Source of the DNA: the human T2T-CHM13v2.0 reference genome, Homo sapiens
Direction: 5' to 3' (one strand)
NCBI RefSeq assembly: GCF_009914755.1
Contig: NC_060934.1
Length of the DNA stretch: 64,000 nucleotides
A program made the translations under genes and the position numbers. Positions 1-14,817 of this stretch are shown here, in pieces; position 1 is the stretch's first letter; each line of letters opens with the position of its first letter. The notes below the pieces were generated by a model that was not told where the DNA came from, searched no databases, and saw only the letters and a program-made list of their open reading frames with translations.

Positions 1-3000
1 TTAGTGGTAGAGTCAGGCTCTTAACCCACAGACTCTGCTGCCTCGATCCACCCTCAAAGCCACTTGACTTTACCTCCTCAATCTGTGCACTTCTCTCCAA
101 CCCCATGGCCAACACATGACACTGGCTCCTCACCACAGTCCCCTTACCAGCCCTCTTCGTGGCCCAGTTCTGCAGTGTGCCTAAGGCAGTCACTTCTGAA
201 AGCTCAACCTCGAGTCTGTTTCTTCAGCTCTCCCAGTGATTCTGCAAGCCATTCAACACCCTGTCACAAGCCCTCTCCTGTTTAGAATAGCAAGAGTGTT
301 TCTCTTCTCAGTTGAATCTTAACTGATGCCACTAGCTCAGAGCTAGGTGCATTGAGTTCTGAATAAATACTTAGGTCCATTGAAAAGCACATGTTTGGTG
401 CCCATTTTCCAGGTGCTCTATTAAGGGCTCAGGGTCATGTACAGGGTCTTTGCCCTCAAAGAGTTTGCTGCCTAGCAGAGATGCCTACCAGGAATTCAGA
501 AAAGGGAAAAAATTTCAACAGGGGCTTGTGGACATCTTGCTTTGTGGTCAGCTTCCATTCACCTATGTCTAGTAAGCATACCTCAATTGGTAAAGCCAGC
601 TCCACCAGGAGCTCCAGAGAGGTGAAGGAGATTTAGGTCTAAGTTAATCCACTAACTCCATCCCCTGGACACATTGATTGGTTTGGGAATGGGAATCTGA
701 CCCAAGTTAGACCAGAGAATGACAATACATCTCAATTCCAAGACAAAGTTTGAGGAGCTCTGGAGAAATAAGACTCACTCCTTCCGCTATACCAAAAAAT
801 TGTAAGGACGTGAGTGCCAGAACTGCTGTGCCTTTTGCTACTCTGTAGAGCCTGAAACCTCCGCCTTCATAAAAACGGGTAGACGAAGATTTGGAGAGAA
901 AGAAAATACTGATGATGTTGTTTGAGCTCTGAATCCAACTGTAACTAAATAAGATCACCTGGGTTTTTGGTTTCCTTGAGCCCCAAATTCCCATTTTTTT
1001 CTTAAGCCTCTTTGGGAGGGAGGTTTCTGTCACTTGCAATCAAAAGTGTCCTCACTGATTTAGAAGGTGTCCTGGAGGAGATGGAAGGAATGAGACTCTG
1101 AATGACTGACGATAATTAGGGGGAGAGATGGGAGGACATTCCAGGCAGAGAAACAGTCCATGGAAACCTGTGGAGCTGGGCTCCTGCTGGAATTTGAAGC
1201 CCAGGCATCGAATGCTGACTCTACACCCTGGTAGCCTCCTAACTCTTACCCTTCCTCTGAGCCACAGGATACTCTTGAAATGGGCTTTACGCTTTAAGCC
1301 TCACAGGGATGTGGGATGAAGATAATACATGTCAGTGTGTGATGGTGCCTGACTCTCAACACATGACTGCTGAGCAAACAAACCAGTCATTTCATAGGAG
1401 AAGAGAATGGAATAGGAAAATAACATGTGGTAAGGTGTGGAAAGCTGGGGAGGTTCATCTACCAAGCCCTGCCACGAGCTTTGTCCCTCTCATCCCTGCC
1501 CTCATAGCAACCTGTAGGGTATTGTCATTGCTGCCTAGCAGAGATGCCTACCAGGAGAGCAGTGATGCAGGAATTCAGAAAAGGGAAAAAATATCCAGAT
1601 AAGAGAATTGAGGCTTAGAGAAGTGAAGTAACTTATCTAAAGTCACATAGCTAAGAAGCACAGAAACTAACGATTCAAACTCATATTTTCTCCACCGTAA
1701 CGACTGTTCCCTGTGGGCTGGAGCTGAGATCTCTGCTGGCCTCCAGTGCAGGCTGAGCAGAATGGCCCCTCTCCTGTAAGTCCAGGCAAGCTGCCTGGCC
1801 TGGGGCAAATACGGAAAGGAATGTTTCTAGTCACTACCAGATGATGAATAGGTGGACCTGAAAGGCCAAGCATGGTACAGAGAAGACATTTCCACCAGCC
1901 AGCTCTCCAGGACACTGACTCGGGTAGCAGGGGTGAGAGTACAGACACCTCCCTGGGAAGGAAGCAGAGGAAACCCAAATTTGGGGAGTAGAGAGTCTAA
2001 GCTACCCAGAGGGGCTGGAGGAGGCCTGGGTCCCTGCAACCAAGACCATTCTGGAAAACAAGCAATCCCTGCCCAAGGGCCCTGCTATGTGGGCGGTAGG
2101 GAGAGGCTAGGGGAGGAAGTGTGGATGAGGCCTGGGGAGCTCTTCCCTAGTGCGGAGGTGGTGACTTCACTTTCCCAGGCCTTGATTTGCATCTGTGCCC
2201 TGGGCCTCTAGGAGGGGGTTGTTTGTGGAGAGGGTGGGTGTGTCTGTTGTTTGTGTGTTTTTCCTTCTGCCTTTAGCCCTCCCCCTTCCCCTCCTCAGTA
2301 ACTAGTAGAACCTGCAAGGCTCATGCCCAGCCTGGGTCCCTTCCTCTGACTCAGTGGAAGGGCAGGAGAGTGCCCCGAGGAGCTGCCCACATCCCTGGCT
2401 GAGTGCCTCACCCCCAGGGCCTCCACGAGGAGCAGCTTCCACAGGGTGCCTGTGGGGCTCATTCCTCTGGATGCTTTTCCCTTTGCTGTGAATGCCTCTG
2501 GGGCACGAATATATGGCCCTTGGGTCTAGGCCTTAGGGCTTCCGGTGACCAGGATAGGAAGTGTTGCAGGCCCTGCCCCGAGGGCGGCGCATTAGCTTTT
2601 CCCCCACTGCTTTCATCTACCCATCTCACCAGATTCCCCCATCAACCAGAGGTGGGTGTATCACCCCCATTTCACAGAGGAATAAAGTGAGGCCAGAAAA
2701 GGGAGAATGACTTGCCCAAAGTCATATGGCTAACAAGTGGCCTGGCAACTGGAATCTGCCTTTTTGGTCCCCATTCTGAAGCTCTTTCCATCACAGGCTA
2801 CTAATGTTCCCACACAGGGTGCAGGGATGCTGCTTTCCTCTCTGATATGGGACCTCACTGGACTCGCTCCCGAGTCTGCCCAAGTCATCTCTGGAAGTCC
2901 CTCGGGTGTCTTGTAAGTGCCCGCAGCCAGCCTGCTAATGTGTCTTCCACTTGACCTCTTTGTTGCTGTCGGCTGTGCACTGGGCAACTGCGGCAGGACC

Positions 3001-3229
3001 TTGCCTTACTCCCTGCCTGGGCTGCTCCATGAGGCCCCTGTTTCTCTATTTAAGGTGTGACCCCTGGTGCTGGCCAGTATGGCAGTCCTCAGTGCCTACC
3101 GAGGCAAAACGGTTTTGTGCTCTGAATTGAAAGAGGCAGAAAGCTCCTCTCCCTACTGTGTGTCCCAATTTGTAAGCTGGGCTCCAAAGAAGCCTTTTCA
3201 GCTTTTCCCTGCAGCCTCCTCTCTAAAGG

Positions 3230-3750
3230 GAGTAAGGGGCCAGTGTTTCCTGCTAGCCTGTCCCCATTCACTCACTTGCAATAAAAGCCTCAGCTCAGTT
3301 TATATGATTCCGGTGAAACTGCCCCCATCAGCACCATGACCAGGCTCCCTATACACATCCCCTTCCCAGACACTCAGATCTGGGAGTGGAGATTATGATC
3401 CTGCAATCAGTACCCTCTACCCCCCTGCCACAGTTATTGGTTAAGGGATGGGTACATGACCGAAGGCAGGCAAATCAGAGCCAATGAAACTCAGTTCCAG
3501 AACTTTTGAACTAGTTCTTTGCCCTGGTGAGAGGGTGTGAGGCCTGGAGCTTCTGCAGTCATCTTGCCCCCATGGGGTGGAACCAGCCAGTGATCGAGCT
3601 GTCACCTGGAGAAGAGCTGAGCCGAAAGATAACAGAGAACATGAAGTTTTGGTGACATTGTTTAGAGCCCCTGATTAAGTCTTGTCTGAAACCAGCCACA
3701 CCCCTTGGACTTCCATTCTAAAGTCAGTAAATTCCGTTTTTGCATTAAGC

Positions 3751-3782
<32 letters not shown>

Positions 3783-3830
3783 GAAAAAAAAAATTTTTTT
3801 TTTCAGTCACATCCACCATTCCAGCAATAC
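3230..3830 (+). mobile_element. ERVL LTR (LTR16-like) remnant
   Basis: CATGACC...CAAATCAGAGCC; TGACATTGTTTAGAGCCCCTGAT...CCTTGGACTTCC motifs. Confidence 0.55.
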
Positions 3831-5590
3831 AGAGAATGAGACTCAGGCCCCTTGCTCCTTTGCACTCCATGCTTAACCTCTCACCAAACTTCCTCCTTAG
3901 AGGCCTATCTACCCTCATGCAAATTAACTCATACAAACAGATACCGAGGAGGCCCACTACTAACCCGTAAGTGCCTTTGCCTTTGTGCTATTTGGAACTG
4001 TTTGATCTATACAGAAAAATTTGTCCCAGATACAGTCCATACTTGGCTTGGTGAGGTAGGGGTGGGTGGGAGGAAAGAAAGGTGGGGAGAGAGAACAAGG
4101 CACAGCGGCCAACACTCGCTCTGCCCAAGCAGATGCTGAACCCCAAGTTCATCCTGTCACTCTGAAGGGATGGTGTCCACACCAGAATTGGCCTAGGGCT
4201 GGATGTGCAGTAGAACTCAAGAAAGGCTGCCTGCCTTGGTCTTTGGAATTCCTCCTACTGCTCCCAGTTAGAAGGATGAGTTAGAAGAAAGAAGAGACCG
4301 TCAATCAAGTTGCTGGGTTTCGTAAACTGGCCCCACTTCCCAGGAGGATTTATCCGTGAGCCAGAGGCACCTCATTTCTCACTGCACCCTTTGGCCTGGC
4401 TCCAGCCACACCCCCACCCGCAAATAAGTCCTTTTCCTTCCTAGAGCAGGAGCCAGAGAATGAGTCAGTACCTCATTCTCTTCATTCTTTCATCACTGGT
4501 CAGGCCTCACCCTTCCCTCGGCCATCCCCTCCTCTGGGCAACCATCTGGATCATGTGTGGGCAAGGCTGTTCCCATACAGCCAGCTTGGAGGGTCCTCTG
4601 TGTGAGACAGGAGTGGGCAGGGCTGACCTCTCAGCTCCTGGGGACTGGAGAGAGAGCTGGGGCCTCCAGGGATGGGCCGCAACTACTGGAGTCTCTCCCA
4701 GCCCCTAAAGAAGGGTATTTCCTGGGGCCCTGTCTTCCTCCTCGGGCATTAAGTTTATTTCTGTGTCTGTCCTAGCAAAGAGGAATGAAAACTCCTTTAG
4801 GGAGTCCCCGCCATGCCCCAGACCCCACCACGAACTCTGAATTCTCGTGGCAATCCTCTATGTGGCGACCATCAGCCACACTGGAATGGAGGGACAAGGC
4901 TGTCGGGAGGAGGCATTTCTCACGCCTGTGCCGTGAACGTGCTACCTCTGCATGCTCAAGCCCATGCTGCGCCACTCACAAGGGGCTGTAGCATTCTGGG
5001 CCAGCGCCCTTCTCTCTCTGCCTCCTCGCCTACAGCAAGCTTTCTTCAGGCCTGCGGCTGGTGGGCCCCAAGCCAAGAGTGGATTCTTTCATACTCTCTG
5101 GTCTAAATCAAGCTGCATCAGGTGGCACTCCCGGTGACCCTCCTGCCTTATTTGGAAGAAGAGGAGGAAGCCAGAAAAGAAACCATCCAGGCACCATGGG
5201 CCCTTCTTATGGGTCACCCCACAGATGGCATCATTCTCCAGAGAGTGGGGAATATGAGCTCCGAGAGGCCCTGAGCAAGGTGTCAAAGGAAGAGAATAAA
5301 ATGAAGGAGCTGCCTTATAGGGCCCTAGAGGAGGACAAATATTTGCAAGTGGTAGTCATTTTCTCCCTGCAATTAAAGGAATTCTCCACTTTAAAGCAAA
5401 TGAAAATTAAAGGGAATGTGGGAGCCAGAGGGAGCCCCTGGGAATGTTACGGGGGGAGGGTAGTCTGTGAGGAGGGGTCTACTGGACCTGTTCAGTCAGA
5501 GCCCCGTCTGGAGCAAAGGTTGACCTCAGGCTCTGTTCTGGGTCTCCACAGTATTAAATCACCAAAGGGAGAGCTTCAGAAGCCCCAGAT

Positions 5591-5746
5591 AGCCCTGGTG
5601 TCTCCAAAGAACTAGAGAAAAGCAGCAGCCTTGGACCTTGGAGAATCTTCCAACATCACTTCCCAGCCCTGGTGTCTCCAAAGAACTAGAGAAAAGCAGC
5701 AGCCTTGGACCTTGGAGAATCTTCCAACATCACTTCCCAGCCCTGG
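5591..5746. repeat. Perfect 74-bp tandem duplication
   Basis: 5591-5664 is identical to 5665-5738, followed by a third copy of AGCCCTGG. Confidence 0.97.
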
Positions 5747-5792
5747 CCACACATTAGAATCACCCAAAGAGCTTTTAAAAATATTCACTCCA

Positions 5793-5978
5793 AGGCCGGA
5801 TGCGGTGGCTCACACCTGTAATCCCAGCACTTTCGGAGGCCAAGGTGGGAGGATCTCCTGAGGTCAGGAATTCGAGAACAGCCTGGCCAACATGGTGAAA
5901 CCCTGTCTCTACTGAGCTGAGATCACACCACTGCACTCCAGCCTGGGTGACAGAGTGAGACTCTGTCTCAAAAAAAAA
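5793..5978 (+). mobile_element. Alu with large internal deletion
   Basis: CCCTGTCTCTACT is joined directly to GAGCTGAGATCAC. Confidence 0.88.
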
Positions 5979-6130
5979 TACCCCAGACCAAATGGATCAT
6001 AATCTCTCTCAGAATGGGGGCTGGGCAGCTATTTTGTTTAATCTATTCACACGATACTACTGAGCTGTACTTCTCAAATTTCCCTTATGAGAAAAATCAG
6101 CTGGGGGGCACGTTTAAAAACGAAAAAGAA

Positions 6131-6601
<471 letters not shown>

Positions 6602-7239
6602 TTATCAGGCTCCCAATCAAGCAAAGCCAGCAAATCAGAATATCTGGAGGTGACTGGTGAAAATCAGAACCTCTGGGGAATTAGGCCCAGGTCTTTTTTG
6701 CATTTCTACCAGGCTTCCCAGGGGACATCTATGCTGACAGAAATTGCAAAATCACATTCTAATCCTCTGGTCTTTGCCCCAGCTCGCTCAGCTGGTTGCC
6801 CCTTTGACCCTCGGGCCTCCCTAGAGGCCTTCTCTGTGAACACACCGTAGCATCTGTCTTCTTCCTAGCACTCATCAATATTTGTGATTGTATATTTATT
6901 TCTGTGTTTCTTTAATGCCAGTCTCCCACCTAGATGATAAACTCTGTAAGGGCAAGAACCAGGTCTGTTTGGTTCTGTGTAAGGTGGTGGTGAATTACCA
7001 GTGTAGGCTCTGAAGCTTGGACTGCCTGGCCTCATATCCCAGCTCCCCTACCCAGCTGTTCTTTGATCTTCAGCAAGTTGCTTCTCCTTCCTGTGCCTCA
7101 GTGTTCTCATCTGTAAAATGGATATTTGAATAGTAGTACCTGCCTCACATGGTTGATGGGAGGAATAAATGAAATTATATATGTAAAACATTTAGCATTG
7201 TCAATGGCACATTGGAAATTGTCAATAAACATTAATTAT

Positions 7240-7683
7240 ATCAATAACAAGCCACCACCACAACTTAATAGCTGAAAACTGCAACCATGTAATTGCTCAC
7301 AATTCTGTGGGTTGACAGTTTGGTCAAGGCTCAGCAGGGTGGCTTGTTTCTGCTCCAGATGGTTTTGGCTGGGCTCACTCTTACATTTTTGGTCAAGTGG
7401 CTTGTTGACTGGGACTGCATAGTCTAACTTGATGGGCTGTTGGTGGAGGCTGTCAGTGAGGGAGGCTCAGTTCTCCTCCATGTGGCCTCTCCAGCAGACT
7501 AGCTGGGGCTTCCTCATGTGGTAGCTGGGTTCCAAGAGGGCGAGAGCAAAAGTCAAGAGTCACTTTCGCAGCATTAGTCAAAGCAAGTTACAAGGTCATC
7601 CTAGAGTCAAAGGACAGAGAAGTAGTGCTAGTTTTTGTTAGGAGGAGGTGCAAAGACTTCCTGGACATTTTTCATCCTCCATA
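7240..7683 (-). mobile_element. MaLR LTR (MLT1H/I-like)
   Basis: CTCACAATTCTGTGGGTTG...CTCCATGTGGCCTCTCCAGCAG motifs. Confidence 0.7.
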
Positions 7684-8439
7684 GTTGCTTGTTCCTGAAT
7701 CTAGCATGGTATACTCAGGTGCATGGCCCAGTATGCATTTAATAGGTATTTGTTGAAGAAATAACAAATGGATGTGCAGAGGAGAAAGAAACTAGAGGCT
7801 CGAGAGGAAAACTGATTTGCTCAAGGTCACAAAGCAAATGAGCGGCAGCACCAGGACGAGAAACTAGGTCCTGGCGCTCAGTCTTGCCTCTTCCCGTTGC
7901 ATCAATCTGCTCAGACAGCTGCCTGAAGTGGGGTTGAATTCTTCAAATAATTGCCTCACTCCTCAGCTTCTGTTGAGCCTCTGGAGATATATCTAGAAGG
8001 TCAGGACTGTGCTTGCTTCCTGAAAAGTCTGGGGATGGAAAGAAGGGAGCACTTTTCATTTCCCAGGGCATAACGCATTGCAGAAAATGATCAGAGAGCA
8101 TCAGCAGTCCTCCTTGGGTTCCACTGTATGTGGCCAGCGGCCAGGTTGGGAGGTCAGAGACAAAGGCAGACTCCAGTATAGACGCTCTGTGGCCTGCTTC
8201 TCATGTACCTGCTCTCACACACGTGTGCACACACACATACATGCATGCACCTTCTCTCGCCTCTCTCTTTAAGGTCTGGAAGAAAGCTACCATAAGTTTG
8301 AGCAGTTGGCCACATGGTCTCATTTGGGCTCTCAATTGGACTAGCAATTTCAGGAATTTGAACAGCAATTTTTGAACAGGGAGTTTGGGGAACGGCAGCA
8401 GGGGAAAGTTGGGAGGCGCAGAAGGGGTTGTGAAATGCA

Positions 8440-8760
8440 TGCTACAATTCCGTCATCAGCCCCTTCCTGTTGTTCTGGTACCGGGGGGAAACCTGGGCTG
8501 GCAGGACTGCGCTTCCTCCATCTAGAAGCTTTCCTCAGGCCTGCTGAGTCACCCACCTGCTGCGGGGAATGCACCTATTTTTAGCCTGAGGTAAATGAGC
8601 CCTGTAGTCACCCAGACCACATTCTCTTGGGTGTCTTTGTCACAGATGGTGTGGCCGGATGGGGACCACATTGAAGAGACCTCACCCCCACCCCTAACAA
8701 GGTCTCTTCCTCTCCTTCCTCTGAGAAGCCTCACTGCACAGCAGTGACTCACATAACCCC
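8440..8760. promoter_or_regulatory. Candidate enhancer (ARE/AP-1, MEF2, AP-1)
   Basis: TGCTGAGTCA at 8542-8551, CTATTTTTAG at 8575-8584 and TGACTCA at 8745-8751, all in unique sequence. Confidence 0.4.
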
Positions 8761-8783
8761 AGGAGAGAATGCGGCAGAGGGTG

Positions 8784-8975
8784 GCAGTGGGTGGCATACC
8801 AAGCTAGTGGGGGTGTGGCGGGGACAGAAGTAGTTTATCACTGACGTTGATTAGAATTGCTGGTGCATCACTGTTAGTCAGTTTATTATTGTTTGTAATT
8901 TTTCTGTAGATGATATGACCTCTTATTGTACCCATGTGCACCATTCCTATGGCCCCGTCCTTGGGGACACCACTG
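8784..8975 (-). mobile_element. hAT-type DNA transposon remnant (MER97-like)
   Basis: CAGTGG...CCACTG ends; TTTATCACTGACGTTGATTAGAATTGCTGGTGCAT core. Confidence 0.5.
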
Positions 8976-10254
8976 CTTGGGAGTTAAGATGGTGGAGATC
9001 TGGACCCCAGCAGCCTGACTAAAGGAGGCTTTACTACTTACTAACTGTTTGACTCAAGCAAGACCCTTTACCACTCTGAGACCCGACCTTGGAGCTCCTG
9101 GTCTGGTACTCAGGTCACAGAGGCTGGTAATGGATTCACAGGATTGAGAGCAGGAAGGGCACCAAGATGTCATCCCTTGCTCTATTGAGGTGAAAATGGA
9201 AGCAAAGAAAGGGGCAGATGCTTGCCTGTATCAGATGTCCAGAGACCCCTCTAAGACCTTGTTCAGGCAGAGCCACCTGTTAGGTAAAAGGTTGGTAAAA
9301 AGCAGGTGCTGATGACAAGGCCACTGTTGGTCAGAACTATTTCTACTTCAGTCTGTATCCAGCCCCTGCACCCAGTATAATGTAGTAGAGTATTTCTCGG
9401 AGAAGGGTGTGTGGACCACCTGCATCAGAATTACCTGAATCCCCTGGGGTGCTCATTAAAACTGTGAGTTTCTGATCCCCATCCCAGACTTGGGGGTTTG
9501 CTCCCAGCACTGTCACTCACTAGCTAGGGAATTTGGGGGGTGTCAAACTATCTGTGTACCACTTTCCTCACCTATAAAATGAGGCTAAACCTCCTTATGT
9601 ACATGTGAGGGACAAATGTATTTGCATGGGTGAGAGGTGCAGCCCGTCGCCTGGCACATTGGAGCTAGGCAACTTGTGATTTGAGTTCTTAGTATTTGTT
9701 TCTTATCCCCAGGCAGCTCCTGAAAGGCTTCACTCTTCTGCCCTGGTGCAGAAACGGGCCCTACCTCTTTCAGATTGGCCTGGAGCTGTCAGCTACCAGT
9801 GACTTCCAGAACCAACTTGCAAATGTCTGCCAATCAGTGGCACTGCTCAGACCAGAGCTCAGATAAGATGTTCTGCAGTCTGCTGAGAAAATCTTCCAAC
9901 ACAGTTGTGGGACACAGAAGTCACTCACCAGAAACACTGGTCATATCACTTCTCCTTATCTCTCTTCCTGGTGACGAAGCCCAATGCCTGTGAGATCTTT
10001 TTAAACAGAACCCTTTTTCCAAATAAGATTTGACCCGACACAGGGCCCCAGTGTATGTGAACAATAAAAGCTTCACTCCACTAGTTTAAATATATTTTCT
10101 AAGAAGTTCAAGTTTCCAACATGTTACTGTGTTACTTATGAAATCAGTGTGAACACAACTGAGGTGAGCTCCAGTGTGTGAAAATCACGTATCACTTCTA
10201 AATGTGCATGGTGCTGCTTATTACAAATATTCAAGTAGTTTAAAATACATTTTG

Positions 10255-10556
10255 GGCCAGGCACAGTGGCTCACACCTGTAATCCCAGCACTTTGGGAGG
10301 CCAAAGAGAGAGGATGGCTTGAGCCCAGGACCAGCCTGGGCAACACAGGGAGACCCCCATCTCTACAAAAAAATTAAAAATTAGCTGGGTGTGGTGACAT
10401 ACACTTATTGTCTCACCTACTCAGAAGGCTGAGGTGGGAGGATCACTTGAGCCTAGGAGCTTGAGGCTGTAGTGAACCATGATCCATGCCACTGCACTCC
10501 AGCCTAGGCAATAGAGTGAGACCCTGTCTTAAAATAAATAAGTAAAAATAAATAAA
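10255..10556 (+). mobile_element. AluJ
   Basis: TSD TAAAATACATTTTGGG on both sides. Confidence 0.92.
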
Positions 10557-11814
10557 ATACATTTTGGGAATTATATTTGAATTGAGTATTCACAAAAGCC
10601 ATGAAGCTCCCTTGGAAAAAGCCAAGATTTTGGTTAGCATGGTTTGCAATCCCTGGAGGATTCCAAACACCTTTTACTGGGTAAGGACATAGAGGCCTGG
10701 GTGGGAGAAGGGCTACATCAATCCAATAAGTGGCCAGCTTTGAGAATCAAGGCCTACTGGATCTCAAGCCAGGGTTCCTCCCATCTGCCCACATTCCTAG
10801 CCTGGCCCACCAAGTGGGACACTTACAGGGGTGGGGAGCCCCCTTAGGTGCTCTGGCCATTGGCTGAATTGGTCTTGAGTGACAAAGACTATGGCTCTCA
10901 GTGTCTGTGGCTGAGCAGGGGCGTGGCAGGGACAAAGCCAGGCCCCCAGGCCTGGGTGAGTAAGGTAGCGAGTGTGTGAGCCCCAGTTGTGAGCAAGAGG
11001 GCTTCAGCTGGTCTTGACTTGGGCTGCAGAGCTCTTGGTCCAGGCAAATTCTCACTCCACAAACAATATCTGAGCTTTTCAGTGCTTTGAGATCTGCAGA
11101 TAAGAGGCTATAAAGATGTATAAATTATTATTATGCTGAGGACAATTTCCTCCCTGGCTGGCAGCCTGCAAGGCTATGCCCAGTCCAATCTCTGCCCCCT
11201 AAGGGAGGACCTGAATGCAGGGGGAGATAAATGATGCCCAGAGCCCTCTGGCCAAGGCCAAGCCCACAGTATCCCCACCGGTGGAGAAGCCAGGCCAGGC
11301 CAGGCTGTCTTTCCCACCACATCCCACCCATCATGCCCAGCACGTGCCAGCAAGGCTTTTTCCTCTGGAGGAGGAGCTGCTAAGGTGCTGAGTCACCACC
11401 TTGATGTCAGCTGGTGCTCTCCACCCTGAGAAGAGTGCCCAGCAAGGGCGCAGCACATCAGCCTGTGCCAACAAACCTGCGGTGACCAGCCTGCTTTGGG
11501 GAGGAGTTATTTCCCCTAGGAGAGGGCACACGGTGAGCTGGGGGAATCTGTCCCTAACTCAGCCTGGGGTTCCTGCTGGGGACCATCTCACGGGGCCTCA
11601 GTGCACAAGGGTCCTTGTTGGAATAGGGCCCAGACTCCAGCTGCAGGGATGGATTGGGGGGATTTTGTTTGGTATCCCCCTGCCCCGGGAAGGAACCATT
11701 AGAAGGGAAAGGGGAGAGAGGAGGCCTCAGAAGTGGTACAAAGTGCCTGGGGGTCCTCCCACTTCATGGCTGTGGGCTTCTGGGTAGGTTACGCACCTAC
11801 CAATCGTAAGTTGC

Positions 11815-12285
<471 letters not shown>

Positions 12286-12614
12286 CCTTTGGTTGTATTC
12301 TTCTTTTAAAGGTAAATGCAAACAGTTTTTTAAACTGAACAGAAACAATGCTCATACTTCCTCTGATGTTTTTTATCCAGCTCCCCTGTCCCCCATCCCT
12401 TTCCCAAAGCAATTGCTCTTACCAGTTTGAGGATATCCTTCCAAAAAGTTCTTCTAGGTATCTATACATACATATATGTGTGTGTATGTGGCTATCCTTT
12501 TATTTTTTAAATAAATAGGAACATTCTATGTACATTTTACTGGATTTTTTTTTTTTTAATTTAATACCATCTTTTGGAAGTTGGTTCATATTGGCAGCTG
12601 GGATCTATGACTTT

Positions 12615-13030
<416 letters not shown>

Positions 13031-14817
13031 TATGTCTTTCTTTCTAAGGGGTATAGGCAAGCCCCCAGACCTCCCATGTGCTATTTAACAAGGCCTCTCT
13101 GGATAGACATTTAAAGGGTCTCCAGTCTCTTACTTCTTTGATGAATATTCTTTTGAATATGTCTATTTTAACTACTTCTCCTGCATTTGTGGGGTGCCCC
13201 GGTACACCCAGGGCACTGGAGGAGGCTGCAGGGACCAAGCGGATCATCGTGTGTGAACAAATGCCCAGCTCTCAAGTAGCCAAGGCAGCCCCAGTGGGAC
13301 CTGAAGGAGGTGTCACGTGAACCAGGCTACAGACGGGGTTCAAAGAGGAAGTGGGCAGGGCAGATGAATAAGATTAATTTCTGAAATTATCTTAACAAGT
13401 TCTTTTCTGATTATAAAGTAAAACATCCTCATTATAGGAAATTTGGAAAATACTGAACAGATGTGAAAATAAGTCACCTGGATCCCCCTCATCTGGAGGT
13501 AACCACTGTTGATGTTTAAAACATTTCCTGTCCGCCTATTTTCTAGATACGAAGGATTTCTAGTGGTCAAAGGGACATGAAGGAAGGGAATCCAGGGAGG
13601 GTCCTCTCTCAGCAGAGAAGGAACTGCAGGGAGCACCAGACTGTTTCAGAACACACAGAGAGGAGGTCAGACGCAAGAGGAGACAGGAGGAGATCATGGC
13701 AGACTGGGCAAGGGGCAGGGATGGGGGCTGACAATGCAGGTGAGCCTGAGGGTGGCAGGGAAGGATTTGCCCCTAGATCAAGAGAGCAAAAGACCTGAGG
13801 AGTCTGGCTTGGAGATTTTAAAGGGATATCTAAGAACAAATTTCACCAGGACTTTGGAAGAGCAAACCTGGCATTCCAAAGGGAGGTTCCTTTTAAAAAT
13901 ACTAACTTGAGAGTTGTAAAAAGAGATGCGAGGCCTGAGTGTGGCTGAGACTGCTAAGAAAAAGTTGTGGCTTCGCAGCCAAGAGTACAGGCTTGAAAAC
14001 AGCAAGATTTTATTCGAGTCCCAAAGATGCCACTTACCAACTGTGTAGGATTGAGTGATTGACTTATCTTCACTGCTTCTCAGCTTCTCTACTTGTAAAG
14101 CATGGGTGACACTAATACACCTGTGTCAGAGGGTCAGCGTAAGGATTACACAAGGTAATGCAGCCAACAGCCTGGAATGGCACCAGGCACCCAGAGGCAC
14201 TCAGTAATGTTGAGAGAATACAGAATGAGAGCAAAGAAGGGGCTGAGGCCAGAGCTGTGGTGGAAGGTGCTAGAAGGAAGAGGTGCCATTAAAGGTCCCA
14301 GAAGAGAGCAGCCTTCTGGACAGGAAGAGTGGCCCCTGTGCAGAGCAGTGCCTCTGGGGTTCAGAGAACATGTGGCGACAGTGCCAAACACTACCTGGGC
14401 CAAGGAAGGGCTCCAGGCCTAGAAGGTCTCTGGTGAGTGGCAACTTCAGAGCTGTTGCCATGGTGATGTGGACAGAAGCCAAAAGCTAGAGGTCCAGGGA
14501 TAATGGGAGATGAGGAAGTCCAGTGGGTGAATTTTGTAAGATCTTCAAGAAGTTTGGCAGTGAAAGGAAAGGGGGAAGTCCTAGCTCAAGGGAAAGGTTG
14601 TAGGGAAGAGAGAAAGAGGTGTTTTGTTTTGTTTTGTTTAGAGTGAAGGATATTTCAACATGTTTATAGACTGAAAAGAAAAAAAATCAATATAAGTTCT
14701 CAAAGAGAGGAAGTGACTAAGGATGTACTCCACCTCTCTTACACTTCAGTTTCTCATTTGAAAAATCAGAGTGAGAATAAAGGATCTCTGAGGCCCTGCT
14801 AGCTTTTTTAGCTCTTT

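Noticed and set aside
5061-5615. 184-aa ORF
   Set aside because: Non-ATG start, no recognisable homology and no clear exon structure.
5591-5746. CRISPR-like repeat array
   Set aside because: Eukaryotic DNA; only two adjacent units with no spacers.
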